64,000 bases of DNA from positions 1-64,000 of IMG/VR virus record IMGVR_UViG_3300028805_000098. The stretch is one strand, 5' to 3'. This document shows positions 40,061 through 50,135 of this stretch, in pieces (the first letter of the stretch is position 1; each line of letters starts with the position of its first letter). The DNA comes from an uncultured virus (IMG/VR IMGVR_UViG_3300028805_000098) (Duplodnaviria > Heunggongvirae > Uroviricota > Caudoviricetes). Below the pieces are notes generated by a model. The model was not told the DNA's origin. It did not search any database and worked only from the letters and a program-made list of their open reading frames with translations. Position numbers and translations under genes: made by a program.

Positions 40061-40780
40061 ATGATAGATCCTAGGTTATTCGAAAATCCAATTACGGTGT
40101 TCGTACCGTATAACGAAATTCTTCGTGATCACAATACTTTTTTGCTTCATTTAATAATGGACACTCCAAATCTTCGGAAACAGTTTGAACCATATATATC
40201 GTTCGAAAGATTTGAATGTCAGACAGATATGCGAATCAGAGTTCTCATAATGAATCGAACGAAGAAAAACATACTTGAATGGTTGGCGATTAAGAAGTTC
40301 GATTATGAAAAGAACTACAGGAAACTGTATGAAAAATTTCCACAGATGTTCGAAGAATCTCCACCTCTGGATATGTACGTTGCTTTGACTAGTATGGTTC
40401 GAGAAGATTTCGTTAAACGAGTTATCATATATGGAGAAAAAAGAGATATTCGAACCATGTATGATTTATCTCGTACTTTTAACAAAAACGAAAAGATTCA
40501 ATATGTGACCGGACCATATCTCGATGTCATTAGTGCAATCGGAGAAATTGATTTGTTCATCGATAATGATATTGACAGATTGAGTGCAGTCATGTATATG
40601 CCGGAATATTATGGAAGTGCATTTATGATTGCTCAATATGGATACAACTACGAACTTCCTGCCGGCGAAACAACTCCACAGCTTAAAGGTCGAATTGTGA
40701 GTCATGCCATACGGAAGAAGATAAATCTTGTGGAGTTTATACCATTCAAACTGAAATATGAACACACCGTAAATGGTTAA
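40061..40780 (+). CDS. Hypothetical protein (possible degenerate HAD fold)
   Basis: DLFIDND and YGYN motifs; lacks the N-terminal DxD. Confidence 0.55.
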   Translation: MIDPRLFENPITVFVPYNEILRDHNTFLLHLIMDTPNLRKQFEPYISFERFECQTDMRIRVLIMNRTKKNILEWLAIKKFDYEKNYRKLYEKFPQMFEESPPLDMYVALTSMVREDFVKRVIIYGEKRDIRTMYDLSRTFNKNEKIQYVTGPYLDVISAIGEIDLFIDNDIDRLSAVMYMPEYYGSAFMIAQYGYNYELPAGETTPQLKGRIVSHAIRKKINLVEFIPFKLKYEHTVNG

Positions 40781-41020
40781 AAAGAACATCGAGTATACAA
40801 AATATGTAAAAAGAATCAGGAGCAATGATCCTGATTCTTGCTGGGTAATCATTGTGGTTTATCGATCTTTAAAGGGGACGGTCTTAGTGACCACCACATA
40901 GGCAGACAACATGGGATTTCGGAAGCTCCGCATGATAATGTCTGCCTTGTGCGCGTCTTTTTCAGGAGAGAATATATAAATGAAACGTCTTTCGCACAGA
41001 TTATAAAGGAGGAATCAAAA

Positions 41021-41434
41021 ATGAACACTTTTGGTTACGGAAGAGCTGTTGAGTGTCTTTTGAAGGGTCAGCCTGTTCGTCGTACGATTTGGCCTGCGAG
41101 AAATTATCTCAAAATGGTTAAACGCTTCGATGGTTCTATCGTTTTCGTCAAAATTACTGAAGAAAACGAAAATGAAACTATTGAAACTCTCGAAGAATGG
41201 GTCGCACGGACTGAAGATTCGACAGCGATAGATTGGACTTATGAAAGCCCTGAAAAATTCATCGTTGCCATATTGAATGATCAGTTCAAGATTATGCGCG
41301 ATAACCCTAAATCGGCACCGTCAATAATGGTAGCTTCCGAAAAGTTCTGGGGAGATTTGACTTATCGTGAGATTTACGATGTATTAGTCAATAATCTTCC
41401 CGATGATAAACTCATTAAAGGAGGTAATAACTAA
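41021..41434 (+). CDS. DUF2829/Tad2-like protein
   Basis: FGYGRAVECLLKGQPVRRTIW ... WVARTEDSTAIDW; ATG after AAAGGAGG. Confidence 0.6.
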   Translation: MNTFGYGRAVECLLKGQPVRRTIWPARNYLKMVKRFDGSIVFVKITEENENETIETLEEWVARTEDSTAIDWTYESPEKFIVAILNDQFKIMRDNPKSAPSIMVASEKFWGDLTYREIYDVLVNNLPDDKLIKGGNN

Positions 41435-43204
41435 ATGAAGGCCATTACCAAAAGTAATGTCATCAGTGCAACCGATTATAAGAATATGGTTCTCGAGGTT
41501 CTTGAGTTTGCCGGCAAAACGGTAAGTAAAACTCTTGGACCTTGTGCGAACACTTCGATTATCGAAGAGATGGGTCCGTTAGTGGCGTCTAAGGACGGAT
41601 TCCATACACTGCAACGTATTCGCTTTGCACCCGAGGACATTTTCGCAAATAATGTGATGAATGTCATTCAAACTATCAGCCATAGAATGGTTGCAACTGT
41701 TGGTGACGGTTCATCATCAGCGGTCGTAGCGGCATGGAAATTCGCTAAATGGCTTACCAAAACAAACAATGGAAAGTTCATAAGACCAAGAGAACTAAAC
41801 GAAACTTACAAAACTGCGATAAACAATATCGTCGAATTCATTCAAGAACACGCAAAACATCCATCGGAAAAAGAGCTTCCTGATGTGATGTATAAAACTG
41901 CTTACATCTCCACTAACGGCGATACTAAGTTTGCCGAAATGATTAAAGAGGCTTACAAGAAAGAACCGAACAGCGCGTTTAATGTAAGACGTTCCCCGAT
42001 CTGGTCTACTGAAACAACCGTTAAACATATCAACGGTTATAAGGCAAATCATTACTATATGATCGACAATATCTTCCACAATCAACCATCTGGTTTTGTT
42101 GGAAGAGATGTCTACATCATCTGTTTTGATATGGCAATAGAACCGTACCACTACAATATGATTCATCGTCTCGAACAGCTGGCGCATCAACAAGATGAAG
42201 ATATCCATAACCCAAAAGAAGTTATAATTGTAGCTCCGAGTTATAGTCAGAACTTCTTGGATATGGTAAAACGAGATGTCGATATGGATTTGCAACTTAT
42301 GCGAGCAAAACAGAAAAAACATTTGTCCATTCGCTACATGAGATGCTTGAATGTAAACGCATTTCAACGTAATGAGTATATGGACTTCGCATTGCTCTGT
42401 GGTTCGAATCCGATAACTGCGTCCGATTTCAATAAAATGGTTGACGTAGTTACATCTGAAGAACACTTCGACGATGAAATTCTTAAACGTGCAATAGGCA
42501 AAGTTGATTCTATCGAGACATACCGTAACGAATATACCATTATCGATGGTTATCCGAGAATGGATAAAGAACGGATGTCATTGGTGTTCTATAATCTTTC
42601 TGCCGAATATGAACGTGAAGTCGGAGAAAATCTCAACCGCAGAATCCAATCAGCTTCATTAGTTGCATTGCGAAACAGAATACAACGTCTCAGACGTAGA
42701 ATCACCGAAGTTACCGTAGGAGCAGAAAACGAAATTGAAATGACTCTCAAGTTTGATGCGGCAGAAGATGCTACAAGAGCTTGTGAATCAGTTGCAACTC
42801 ACGGATATAATATCGGTGGCAATGTCATCATTTGTTATGCGGCCAATTGTCTCATGGCACGAACTAATAATCTCGACGACAAACTCGAATCTGCTTATAA
42901 AGCAATCGCTAATGCATTCTTTGATACTCTCATGGAAGTATTTGCGAATAAATATGATTCAGACGGTTACGACGTGCTTGATGACAACCTGAAAGAAAAA
43001 TTGAAAGAGATTGGAATGATATGTATTGCCGGAGATGATAAATGTTATGATTTGATAACCGGAGAATTTTCCGAAAATATAATCAATTCAGCACAAACTG
43101 ACATCGAAATTCTTAAAGGCGCAATTAACATTTGTCTGACTCTTATGACGGCAAATCAATACATTTCTCAGATTCCAACGGTTGAACACACAGACAGCAA
43201 ATAA
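41435..43204 (+). CDS. groEL: Phage chaperonin (GroEL-like)
   Basis: KTLGP, SKDG, VGDGSSSA, ISTNGD, EDATRA, GGN. Confidence 0.88.
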   Translation: MKAITKSNVISATDYKNMVLEVLEFAGKTVSKTLGPCANTSIIEEMGPLVASKDGFHTLQRIRFAPEDIFANNVMNVIQTISHRMVATVGDGSSSAVVAAWKFAKWLTKTNNGKFIRPRELNETYKTAINNIVEFIQEHAKHPSEKELPDVMYKTAYISTNGDTKFAEMIKEAYKKEPNSAFNVRRSPIWSTETTVKHINGYKANHYYMIDNIFHNQPSGFVGRDVYIICFDMAIEPYHYNMIHRLEQLAHQQDEDIHNPKEVIIVAPSYSQNFLDMVKRDVDMDLQLMRAKQKKHLSIRYMRCLNVNAFQRNEYMDFALLCGSNPITASDFNKMVDVVTSEEHFDDEILKRAIGKVDSIETYRNEYTIIDGYPRMDKERMSLVFYNLSAEYEREVGENLNRRIQSASLVALRNRIQRLRRRITEVTVGAENEIEMTLKFDAAEDATRACESVATHGYNIGGNVIICYAANCLMARTNNLDDKLESAYKAIANAFFDTLMEVFANKYDSDGYDVLDDNLKEKLKEIGMICIAGDDKCYDLITGEFSENIINSAQTDIEILKGAINICLTLMTANQYISQIPTVEHTDSK

Positions 43205-43307
43205 CTGCGATACTGAATAATCACATCAATTACATGAACCTAATGTATTGGAGAGGGATCCTGCATTAGGTTCTTCTCGCGCTTTTTTCTGAAAGGAGAG
43301 ACGCAAT

Positions 43308-44123
43308 GTGGAAAAGGGACCAATAACCCTTCGCAACTTCTACAAGAATCCCAGCGGCGGAAGTTCTTCAGCTTTAGCTCTCGGAGCAGTACGTTATGGA
43401 TTCGAAAGACGTTACGAAGGGGTTACAAAGAAGCTTAAAAAGAAAATACCAGTTACTATATTCCGGGAAAGTGATACGTCGTTTTACTATCATCTTCTTG
43501 TGCCGTCAGACACCAGAAGTATGGATTACGACGTAGTTATTCACTTTTTTGAAACTGTGGAAGACCCCGAGAAAACTCACATGTCTTTGAAGGATTGGCA
43601 AGTTGAATTCTTCTCAAACTGTCCCAGTTTCGTTTTCACATATGCTTACGCGTACAATAAAAACAATTTGTTGATCAGTTGGTTAAGCGATAAACTTGGA
43701 AATGAAGTTCTTGGAAATAAACCCAACGAAAAGAATCCAAATTTGTTGTTATTGTGGGATAAAAGCATATTCTACGCGATTCATCATATAATGACGCAGA
43801 CGCAATTCTCCCAGCGGTACTTTGTCAAACGAAATTCTCGTGAATTTAATCAAGAGAATTTTGCAGCAACCATTAGAACATTCGATTCGATAATGTCCGA
43901 ATTGTCTGGTGAACGTGGTAAGAAAATGGACGCGACTTCACTTACACGAAAAGTGAGGGAGACGGATTATTCTAGAACCAAGAAAGCGGTCAAAAAGAAA
44001 ATCAGCTCTGCGGTCAGAACCATTAAAGGACTTACTCACACTTCTGGCTCTAATGAACATCGAAATTCCCGCGGGAAAATCACTGGAAAACCTAAAATCG
44101 GAGGAAGTTCTCGTCGAAAATAA
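43308..44123 (+). CDS. Hypothetical protein, basic C-terminus
   Basis: 271 aa; FFSNCPSFVFTYAY motif. Confidence 0.7.
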   Translation: MEKGPITLRNFYKNPSGGSSSALALGAVRYGFERRYEGVTKKLKKKIPVTIFRESDTSFYYHLLVPSDTRSMDYDVVIHFFETVEDPEKTHMSLKDWQVEFFSNCPSFVFTYAYAYNKNNLLISWLSDKLGNEVLGNKPNEKNPNLLLLWDKSIFYAIHHIMTQTQFSQRYFVKRNSREFNQENFAATIRTFDSIMSELSGERGKKMDATSLTRKVRETDYSRTKKAVKKKISSAVRTIKGLTHTSGSNEHRNSRGKITGKPKIGGSSRRK

Positions 44124-44131
44124 ATTCGGGT

Positions 44132-44140
44132 ATATATTAT
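44132..44140 (+). promoter_or_regulatory. Early-type promoter ATATATTAT
   Basis: Exact motif 35 bp upstream of the 44176 ORF. Confidence 0.7.
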
Positions 44141-44175
44141 CCATCCGAATCTATTAAAGAAGGGGAAGTGAGAGC

Positions 44176-45753
44176 ATGAAGTTAATTAAGCGTGCTGAGC
44201 GCAAAAACAATGTAATCGGTGAAGCAATACTTATGCCGGTTCCAGAAGGTGTCATCCCGGTAGACTTGTGGAAACCTGAAGACCAAGATATCTACGCGGG
44301 ACATCAAGGCAAGGTTCTTTTCATCGCGTTTGATAAGATATTCGGACGCGACATAATTCACGAGTACAATTTCTTTGACATAAGTCTGAAGGAAGCGTAC
44401 TACAAACAGCTCGATGTGATTTCGTTGTATATCAACTATTTTCTGAAGTTCTACGACGAAGATAAAGAGCTCATAATGGCGTACATGAAGCTGAAATATA
44501 TGATTGACGCCAAACACATCACCGAATTGAAACGCGAATCGATGATAAAAGCAATCCAAAAAATCTTGTTCTCTGATTCTATGTGCGAAAAGATTAAGAG
44601 AATGAGCATGGATAATTATCGGGTCGATTTAACCACCGATGTCAAAACGAAAAAGACATCAAACAAATCTTATGCTCCGGTAATGCAATTCAATGAACAT
44701 CACGCGGAGATATTGATGAGAATTTCGGTGGCAATCAAATTTGCGATTCCCGTTATCATGCATTACATAAAGACGTTCTATAACAAAGATGAAGCGAAAT
44801 TGAATCTGTACAAATATTTCGAGCCGCTGTTTGTAAATCCAATTCTCATAGAGGATGTCAATATACTCGGCAAACTTCATCACACAATTGCGTCTCGCGT
44901 CAATAGCTATTCAAAACCGGATCGTGCGATGTACGGAAAGCATGAGGCGTTAGGTTCTTCAGTGGAAACATTCATCGAAGATTTGTTCCACAAGAATCTT
45001 ATAACCGACACCGTGTTCAGCTACCGGTTCAACGGGAACATCATCAGCTACAATTCGGTAGTTTTGAAGTATCAACTTGCATTCCATTCTAAAGAAGACT
45101 TGAAAATGGATTTCCTTGCGGTATCTACGGAAAAAGAACCCGAAGGATTGTCCGGACTTGATAAGATGGAAATGTACACGACGAAAATTGATACTTTCAT
45201 GATTCTGTTCTCTCAAGTCAATATCGCCGACACACTCGAACGCATCAAGGCGAAAATGAAGATAAAGATCACAGATAAGGAACTCGAATTCTACAAAGAG
45301 CATCACGATTTCAACAATCTTTCCAAAGAATTGGTCTTTTACTTCTTCGCGAAATGGTTCGGTGGGTTTCGTGATTTGAACTTCGTCAAAAGGGAGCAGT
45401 ACATTCAGCTCATGGTCATCATGAAGAAAATGCTGGAAGCGAACGGCAATATATACATGGACCAGTTGATAACCGCGAATGCTCATGGAAAATCGTCGGC
45501 TAGAGTCATTCGTAATTCAAAATTTCTTGAGAAGGTAACCTCGTCATCGGTATATCAGGAACTCATGGAAAAGAAATATCCCTCATTACTCGATGAAAAG
45601 AACGGGAGTCCGGTGATTACACTTCTCAGCAAGATAATCAATACGAATTGGACTTATGTCGATTATGACATGCAAGACATGCTCGATGAACCAATCGAGA
45701 TCGAGAACGAAATACTCGCGGCAGAATATCTCAAATTCGTCAACAACATTTAG
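44176..45753 (+). CDS. Hypothetical protein; candidate promoter-specificity subunit of the non-virion RNAP
   Basis: Helical 525-aa protein with an early promoter, two genes from the chaperonin (synteny argument only). Confidence 0.4.
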   Translation: MKLIKRAERKNNVIGEAILMPVPEGVIPVDLWKPEDQDIYAGHQGKVLFIAFDKIFGRDIIHEYNFFDISLKEAYYKQLDVISLYINYFLKFYDEDKELIMAYMKLKYMIDAKHITELKRESMIKAIQKILFSDSMCEKIKRMSMDNYRVDLTTDVKTKKTSNKSYAPVMQFNEHHAEILMRISVAIKFAIPVIMHYIKTFYNKDEAKLNLYKYFEPLFVNPILIEDVNILGKLHHTIASRVNSYSKPDRAMYGKHEALGSSVETFIEDLFHKNLITDTVFSYRFNGNIISYNSVVLKYQLAFHSKEDLKMDFLAVSTEKEPEGLSGLDKMEMYTTKIDTFMILFSQVNIADTLERIKAKMKIKITDKELEFYKEHHDFNNLSKELVFYFFAKWFGGFRDLNFVKREQYIQLMVIMKKMLEANGNIYMDQLITANAHGKSSARVIRNSKFLEKVTSSSVYQELMEKKYPSLLDEKNGSPVITLLSKIINTNWTYVDYDMQDMLDEPIEIENEILAAEYLKFVNNI

Positions 45754-45830
45754 GCGTTAGGGGAGCAGTGAACTACGTTTGCTGTTCCTTTTTACCCGTT
45801 TTTACACGTTTTTCTAAAGGAGGTATTATT

Positions 45831-46871
45831 ATGATTGATATAAACGAGATTAATGCTCTTGCGAAACTTAAACAAGTTCTTCTGAAGACTCCGTTTGCCA
45901 AAGAAAACAGTGCTCATACTCACGTGATAATCCGTTGCCCAATATGTGGCGACAGCCTCAAACATCAAGACAGTGTGCATTGTTACGTTAATATCGAAGG
46001 AAACAAACCAGTATCTTACTACTGTTTTTCGAGCTGTAGCGAAGGTCACTGGGTGAATTCGGATTTCTTACGTGCCGCTGGGGTAACAGATTTGAGTTTG
46101 TTAAGTGCGGTTTGGAATCATAATAAGAGATTTATGGATTCGAAAGCTCGAACTGAATCTCATTATATAATTCATGGTTCCAAAAAGAGTATCGTTCCAT
46201 TCTACAAAACTTGTAGACACATTGACAAACTTAAATACATCGAAAATCGTCTCGGTATTGAATTGACATATCAAGATTGTGTCAATCTGAAGATTATACT
46301 TTCACTCAAAGACTTTCTTGACATCAATGGTTTCGGAGTTAACCTGCCGATACGTGTAGCTCAAAAACTCGAAGATGACTATGTCGGATTTTTATCCGCT
46401 GACAGTTCTTACATCATATTCCGGGATACTAAGAAAAACGAGCATAGATACATCAATTACCCCGTATTTAAGAATAGTGGTAACTGGGGTTCTAAACTCT
46501 ACATAATTCCTGGAATGTATGACTTGATGGCAAATGACATTGATTGCAATATCACGGAGGGAATATTCGACATTCTTGGGTGTTATTATCATCTCAATAA
46601 TGCGGATAAAACAAACAAATTATACTCGGCGGTTAATGGAGCTGGATTTCTCGGCGTAATCAAACGAATACTTCATATTGGATTTATCGATAATCTCAAT
46701 TTGAATATATACGCAGATACCGATAAACCCATCGAGTTTTTCAAATCGATCAAACCGGTGAGAGAATACTGCAAGTCAATCAATCTGTTCTACAACCAAT
46801 ATCCGGGAGAAAAAGATTTGGGAACCACAAGAGACCATATCGATATTCGTCAAGCAAAACTCGTGTTATAA
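45831..46871 (+). CDS. DNA primase
   Basis: Zn finger CPICGDS..H..YCF..C; TOPRIM motifs ITEGIFD and YADTD. Confidence 0.85.
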   Translation: MIDINEINALAKLKQVLLKTPFAKENSAHTHVIIRCPICGDSLKHQDSVHCYVNIEGNKPVSYYCFSSCSEGHWVNSDFLRAAGVTDLSLLSAVWNHNKRFMDSKARTESHYIIHGSKKSIVPFYKTCRHIDKLKYIENRLGIELTYQDCVNLKIILSLKDFLDINGFGVNLPIRVAQKLEDDYVGFLSADSSYIIFRDTKKNEHRYINYPVFKNSGNWGSKLYIIPGMYDLMANDIDCNITEGIFDILGCYYHLNNADKTNKLYSAVNGAGFLGVIKRILHIGFIDNLNLNIYADTDKPIEFFKSIKPVREYCKSINLFYNQYPGEKDLGTTRDHIDIRQAKLVL

Positions 46872-46916
46872 GAGGTACCGAGAGATTCAAATCTCGGTAC
46901 CTCTAAAATTTCTGAT

Positions 46917-47573
46917 TTAGCGCGGCTCGTCGTAATTAGAACTTCCACATTTCCGATAGCGAGGGCAAGAACTACATTTAACCTTCGCAATTTTTTTGTT
47001 CTCTATTTTCGACAATTTCTCGAAATCATAACAGTTATAAGGATACTGTGAAAGCGAGACGTTGTAATATTGTGGGAGATATGTGACTTCTTTTCCAATC
47101 CATTCAGGTTTCTTTATCACAACTTTTGGTGACTCAATTTCCGTCTCTGCGATTATCAAACCATCATTATCGAGCTTGAATACATCAACCGCCCACTCGA
47201 TTCCATCTATCGTCGCTTTATAACGTTCCTTGAAAATCTTGTGTGCACAACGACTGAAAATCTCAAACGCTTCTTCAACAGGAATTTCGTACTCAAATTC
47301 ATCACGAACACAACTATCGAACACTGGTCCTTTTATGTTGAGATATGCTCTCGGAGCTCGGTAAACTTTCCCTTCGGGATCGAATTTCTTGAGTGTTTCA
47401 TATTCTTCATGACCCGTAATAGAAACTCTCACCTGAGAAATATTAGGTTCAGAAGCAGTGTCGATTTTGATGTATCCTTGTTTTGATGGATAATGAGTCC
47501 AAATTCCAGTACGCAACGATGCATCAAATTTTTCTTTGTCGACGAGGTATTTACGCTCTATCTCTTTCGCCAT
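46917..47573 (-). CDS. CYTH-domain protein
   Basis: EIERKYLV, QGY, RDEFEYEIP, KERY, IIAETE, PEWIGKEVT. Confidence 0.9.
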   Translation of the reverse strand: MAKEIERKYLVDKEKFDASLRTGIWTHYPSKQGYIKIDTASEPNISQVRVSITGHEEYETLKKFDPEGKVYRAPRAYLNIKGPVFDSCVRDEFEYEIPVEEAFEIFSRCAHKIFKERYKATIDGIEWAVDVFKLDNDGLIIAETEIESPKVVIKKPEWIGKEVTYLPQYYNVSLSQYPYNCYDFEKLSKIENKKIAKVKCSSCPRYRKCGSSNYDEPR

Positions 47574-47817
47574 AGGTTGTAACCTCCTTAATAGAATCTT
47601 TGCCAATAATTGAAAGAACTACGAAACCGTGTTTGACGCTTATCGAACCATCAGGATATTTAGTTGCATCTTCTTCGGCCTTACAAACACAATTAGTTCC
47701 TGAGCTTTTAACCATAAACAAATCACCTTTACGAAGTTCTGAGTATGTAGTTGATTCAATTCCATAAGGGCGGATTCGCTTAGTTTGAAAATCTTGTTTG
47801 CAGACAATCAATCCCAT
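47551..47817 (-). CDS. Hypothetical protein
   Basis: 88-aa coupled ORF. Confidence 0.6.
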   Translation of the reverse strand: MGLIVCKQDFQTKRIRPYGIESTTYSELRKGDLFMVKSSGTNCVCKAEEDATKYPDGSISVKHGFVVLSIIGKDSIKEVTTYGERDRA

Positions 47818-48074
47818 ACGATTTCATCCTCTACACGGTTAACTTTCTCAAAACGGAATTCTTGTGTGGCATCCGGATATTTTTCCTTGTCCACTGGAGA
47901 CACGAATTCATCTGTCGTTCTAAAGAACACCGGATGATTTTCGTACAAAGCTTCGTAAATAACATAAGTCTTTGTGTCGTTTTCGTTGGAGTTACGCACA
48001 TTAACGGCAATGACTTTATAGTCCTTACCTTTGAAATGTTTGTAGACTTCACCAACGACAGGTCTTACTCTCAT
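47808..48074 (-). CDS. DUF1653-family protein
   Basis: YKHFKGKDY, VIYEALY, F.SPVDKEKYP..QEFRF. Confidence 0.85.
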   Translation of the reverse strand: MRVRPVVGEVYKHFKGKDYKVIAVNVRNSNENDTKTYVIYEALYENHPVFFRTTDEFVSPVDKEKYPDATQEFRFEKVNRVEDEIVWD

Positions 48075-48177
48075 ATCATCACCTCCCTTTAAGCGGCTAT
48101 TTAGGCAGAGACTAGAATCTCTGCCTTAGATACGCCAGCCCTTATATATTTTACTGCACGCGGTAAATAAGTAAGGG

Positions 48178-49764
48178 TCATTCTTTGAATTTCGTCATTG
48201 AGTACAGCGTTTGAATCGTTTCATTTGTAGTTGTTCTCACGCTTTGACCAGCCATATTCAGAACATAAATTTTCGAATGCATTATACGTTCTGCTTCTTG
48301 ATTTGCTGACTGGCTAAAAACACCCTTAATTGAGACAGTATCACCGTCATAGTCACCATTCATCGCTTTCAAAAACACATTTTGGAATCTAAGAGTATCA
48401 ACGAATTGGGAAGCTATTTCATCCGGACTTAGACTCAAATCTATTACCGGATATTTCTTATACAACTTCCCATCAAGTTCAATCGGTATCGTTCTGAGTG
48501 TGCTGAGAACATTTATTCCTGTCGGAAACGTTCCCATCGTATCAGTCATTGGATAACGCGTGATATACACATGTTTATCTTCACACACATTTACCGCAGC
48601 TAAGAAGAATAAATCGGTCAATGTAAACGGACGATTGAATATTGGACTGGGTTCTCCTGTTTGCTCATATTTTTGACCCATAAACTTCAAATCGTAATGA
48701 ACTTTATCCATGTTAGTGTGCGGGATTTCGATAGTTTGAAATCTTCCGCTGAAAGAATAAATGAACGTTTCCATCATCTTACGAATCATTTCATCGTTGT
48801 AATACGACATTGGGTCTTTAAGTGGTTCAAAAGCGAGTTTGCCCTTATTCTCAATAGGATATTTCGTTCCGATAAACTCAAGTTCTCTTTGGAGAAAATT
48901 TCGAACCCATCCGAGGATAAATGGTGTAAATAACGAACAGCAGTTAGCCAACGGAACTCCTGCGTGGAAAAAGTCAACTTCGGTATCTTTATAAGAATTG
49001 GAATTGTAGTTAGGAGATGTAATAACCAATCTTGCACCATAATCAACATTTTTTCCAAGCAAAGATTTTCGAACCATTCCATTCTTCTTCTCAATCAAGT
49101 TCTTGAAATAGTCGTATATTTCGATTAGAGTCATTTGAATCATATAGCGTGTGTTATGCATTACCGGAGTAAACGAAGCATCTTGTTTTAGCATTGCAGT
49201 CAATCGAATCAATTTAGAATATATTCCGTTAACTGTATCCGCTCCAATCTTTCTGGTATCTATGTCTTGCATATTGATGTCTCGGTACATCGCAGGACAT
49301 ACTAACCACATATTGGTGAATACCTCGTTTTTCTTATGATTCTCCAACACATCGACACGATCGTTGTGTTCTGCAGATTCATTCTTCTTGTAATGGATTT
49401 TCTCCCAGTTCTTATAGAGAAAATCCATTCCTGTTTGACCTTTCTCGGGATCTTCAACCATAGTTCCGTCTTTCTGTATTACTACATTAATTCTCCCGGA
49501 ACAAATTCCATCAATCCGTCGGTCAAGTCTTCGGATATTCTTATAGATTATAGGTTGGAAATAATATCCACCTAATGAGATAAATCCAAATTTTCTGGAT
49601 CGTTCTTTGGTCGTGTTTCCAAATATTTCTGTCGAAAGCAATCCGTCATATGTGGGAGTCTTGTTTCTATCCAAGAATATCGGATTAGTGACTTCCTTAA
49701 TCATGGTCGGATTAATTTTTACGAATTTTTCAACGTCCATCAGATTCAGTTGCATAGTGTTCAC
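48178..49764 (-). CDS. rpoC: Split RNA polymerase beta-prime subunit, N-terminal/catalytic part
   Basis: GLLSTEIFG, FGFISL, RKSLLGKNVDYGARLVI, RYP, catalytic MNGDYDGD. Confidence 0.9.
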   Translation of the reverse strand: MNTMQLNLMDVEKFVKINPTMIKEVTNPIFLDRNKTPTYDGLLSTEIFGNTTKERSRKFGFISLGGYYFQPIIYKNIRRLDRRIDGICSGRINVVIQKDGTMVEDPEKGQTGMDFLYKNWEKIHYKKNESAEHNDRVDVLENHKKNEVFTNMWLVCPAMYRDINMQDIDTRKIGADTVNGIYSKLIRLTAMLKQDASFTPVMHNTRYMIQMTLIEIYDYFKNLIEKKNGMVRKSLLGKNVDYGARLVITSPNYNSNSYKDTEVDFFHAGVPLANCCSLFTPFILGWVRNFLQRELEFIGTKYPIENKGKLAFEPLKDPMSYYNDEMIRKMMETFIYSFSGRFQTIEIPHTNMDKVHYDLKFMGQKYEQTGEPSPIFNRPFTLTDLFFLAAVNVCEDKHVYITRYPMTDTMGTFPTGINVLSTLRTIPIELDGKLYKKYPVIDLSLSPDEIASQFVDTLRFQNVFLKAMNGDYDGDTVSIKGVFSQSANQEAERIMHSKIYVLNMAGQSVRTTTNETIQTLYSMTKFKE

Positions 49765-50135
49765 CTCTTCTTGAATATGATTAACACCGTGTCAGTACAG
49801 ACCGCAGATACATTCAAGCTACAATCGCCAGCAAATTTTTCATTTAAGAAACTTCCGACTTTATCAATGAAGAAATCGGACACTATGTCTTTAGTTAGTA
49901 TTACTTCAATTTCTAGTTTTGATTTTTGATTATCGAGACACCGCATATTAACGTTATCAATGAATCCATTGTGCTTTATAGCTCCATACAAAAAACTGTA
50001 TTCATCAAAGAATTCATCGAGTATCTCTTCGAATAAAGTACAACTTTCATCATTAGATTTCGTTAATTGGGCGAAAAGCTCACATCTATCCATTTCGCTC
50101 AACCCTCCACGTGACAAGGGAGGAAACTTTATCAT
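49761..50135 (-). CDS. Hypothetical protein
   Basis: 124-aa coupled ORF. Confidence 0.6.
   Translation of the reverse strand: MIKFPPLSRGGLSEMDRCELFAQLTKSNDESCTLFEEILDEFFDEYSFLYGAIKHNGFIDNVNMRCLDNQKSKLEIEVILTKDIVSDFFIDKVGSFLNEKFAGDCSLNVSAVCTDTVLIIFKKR

Noticed and set aside
40838..41020. N-terminal extension of the 198-aa ORF
   Set aside because: The strong RBS and family motif place the start at 41021; the upstream part is structured intergenic DNA.
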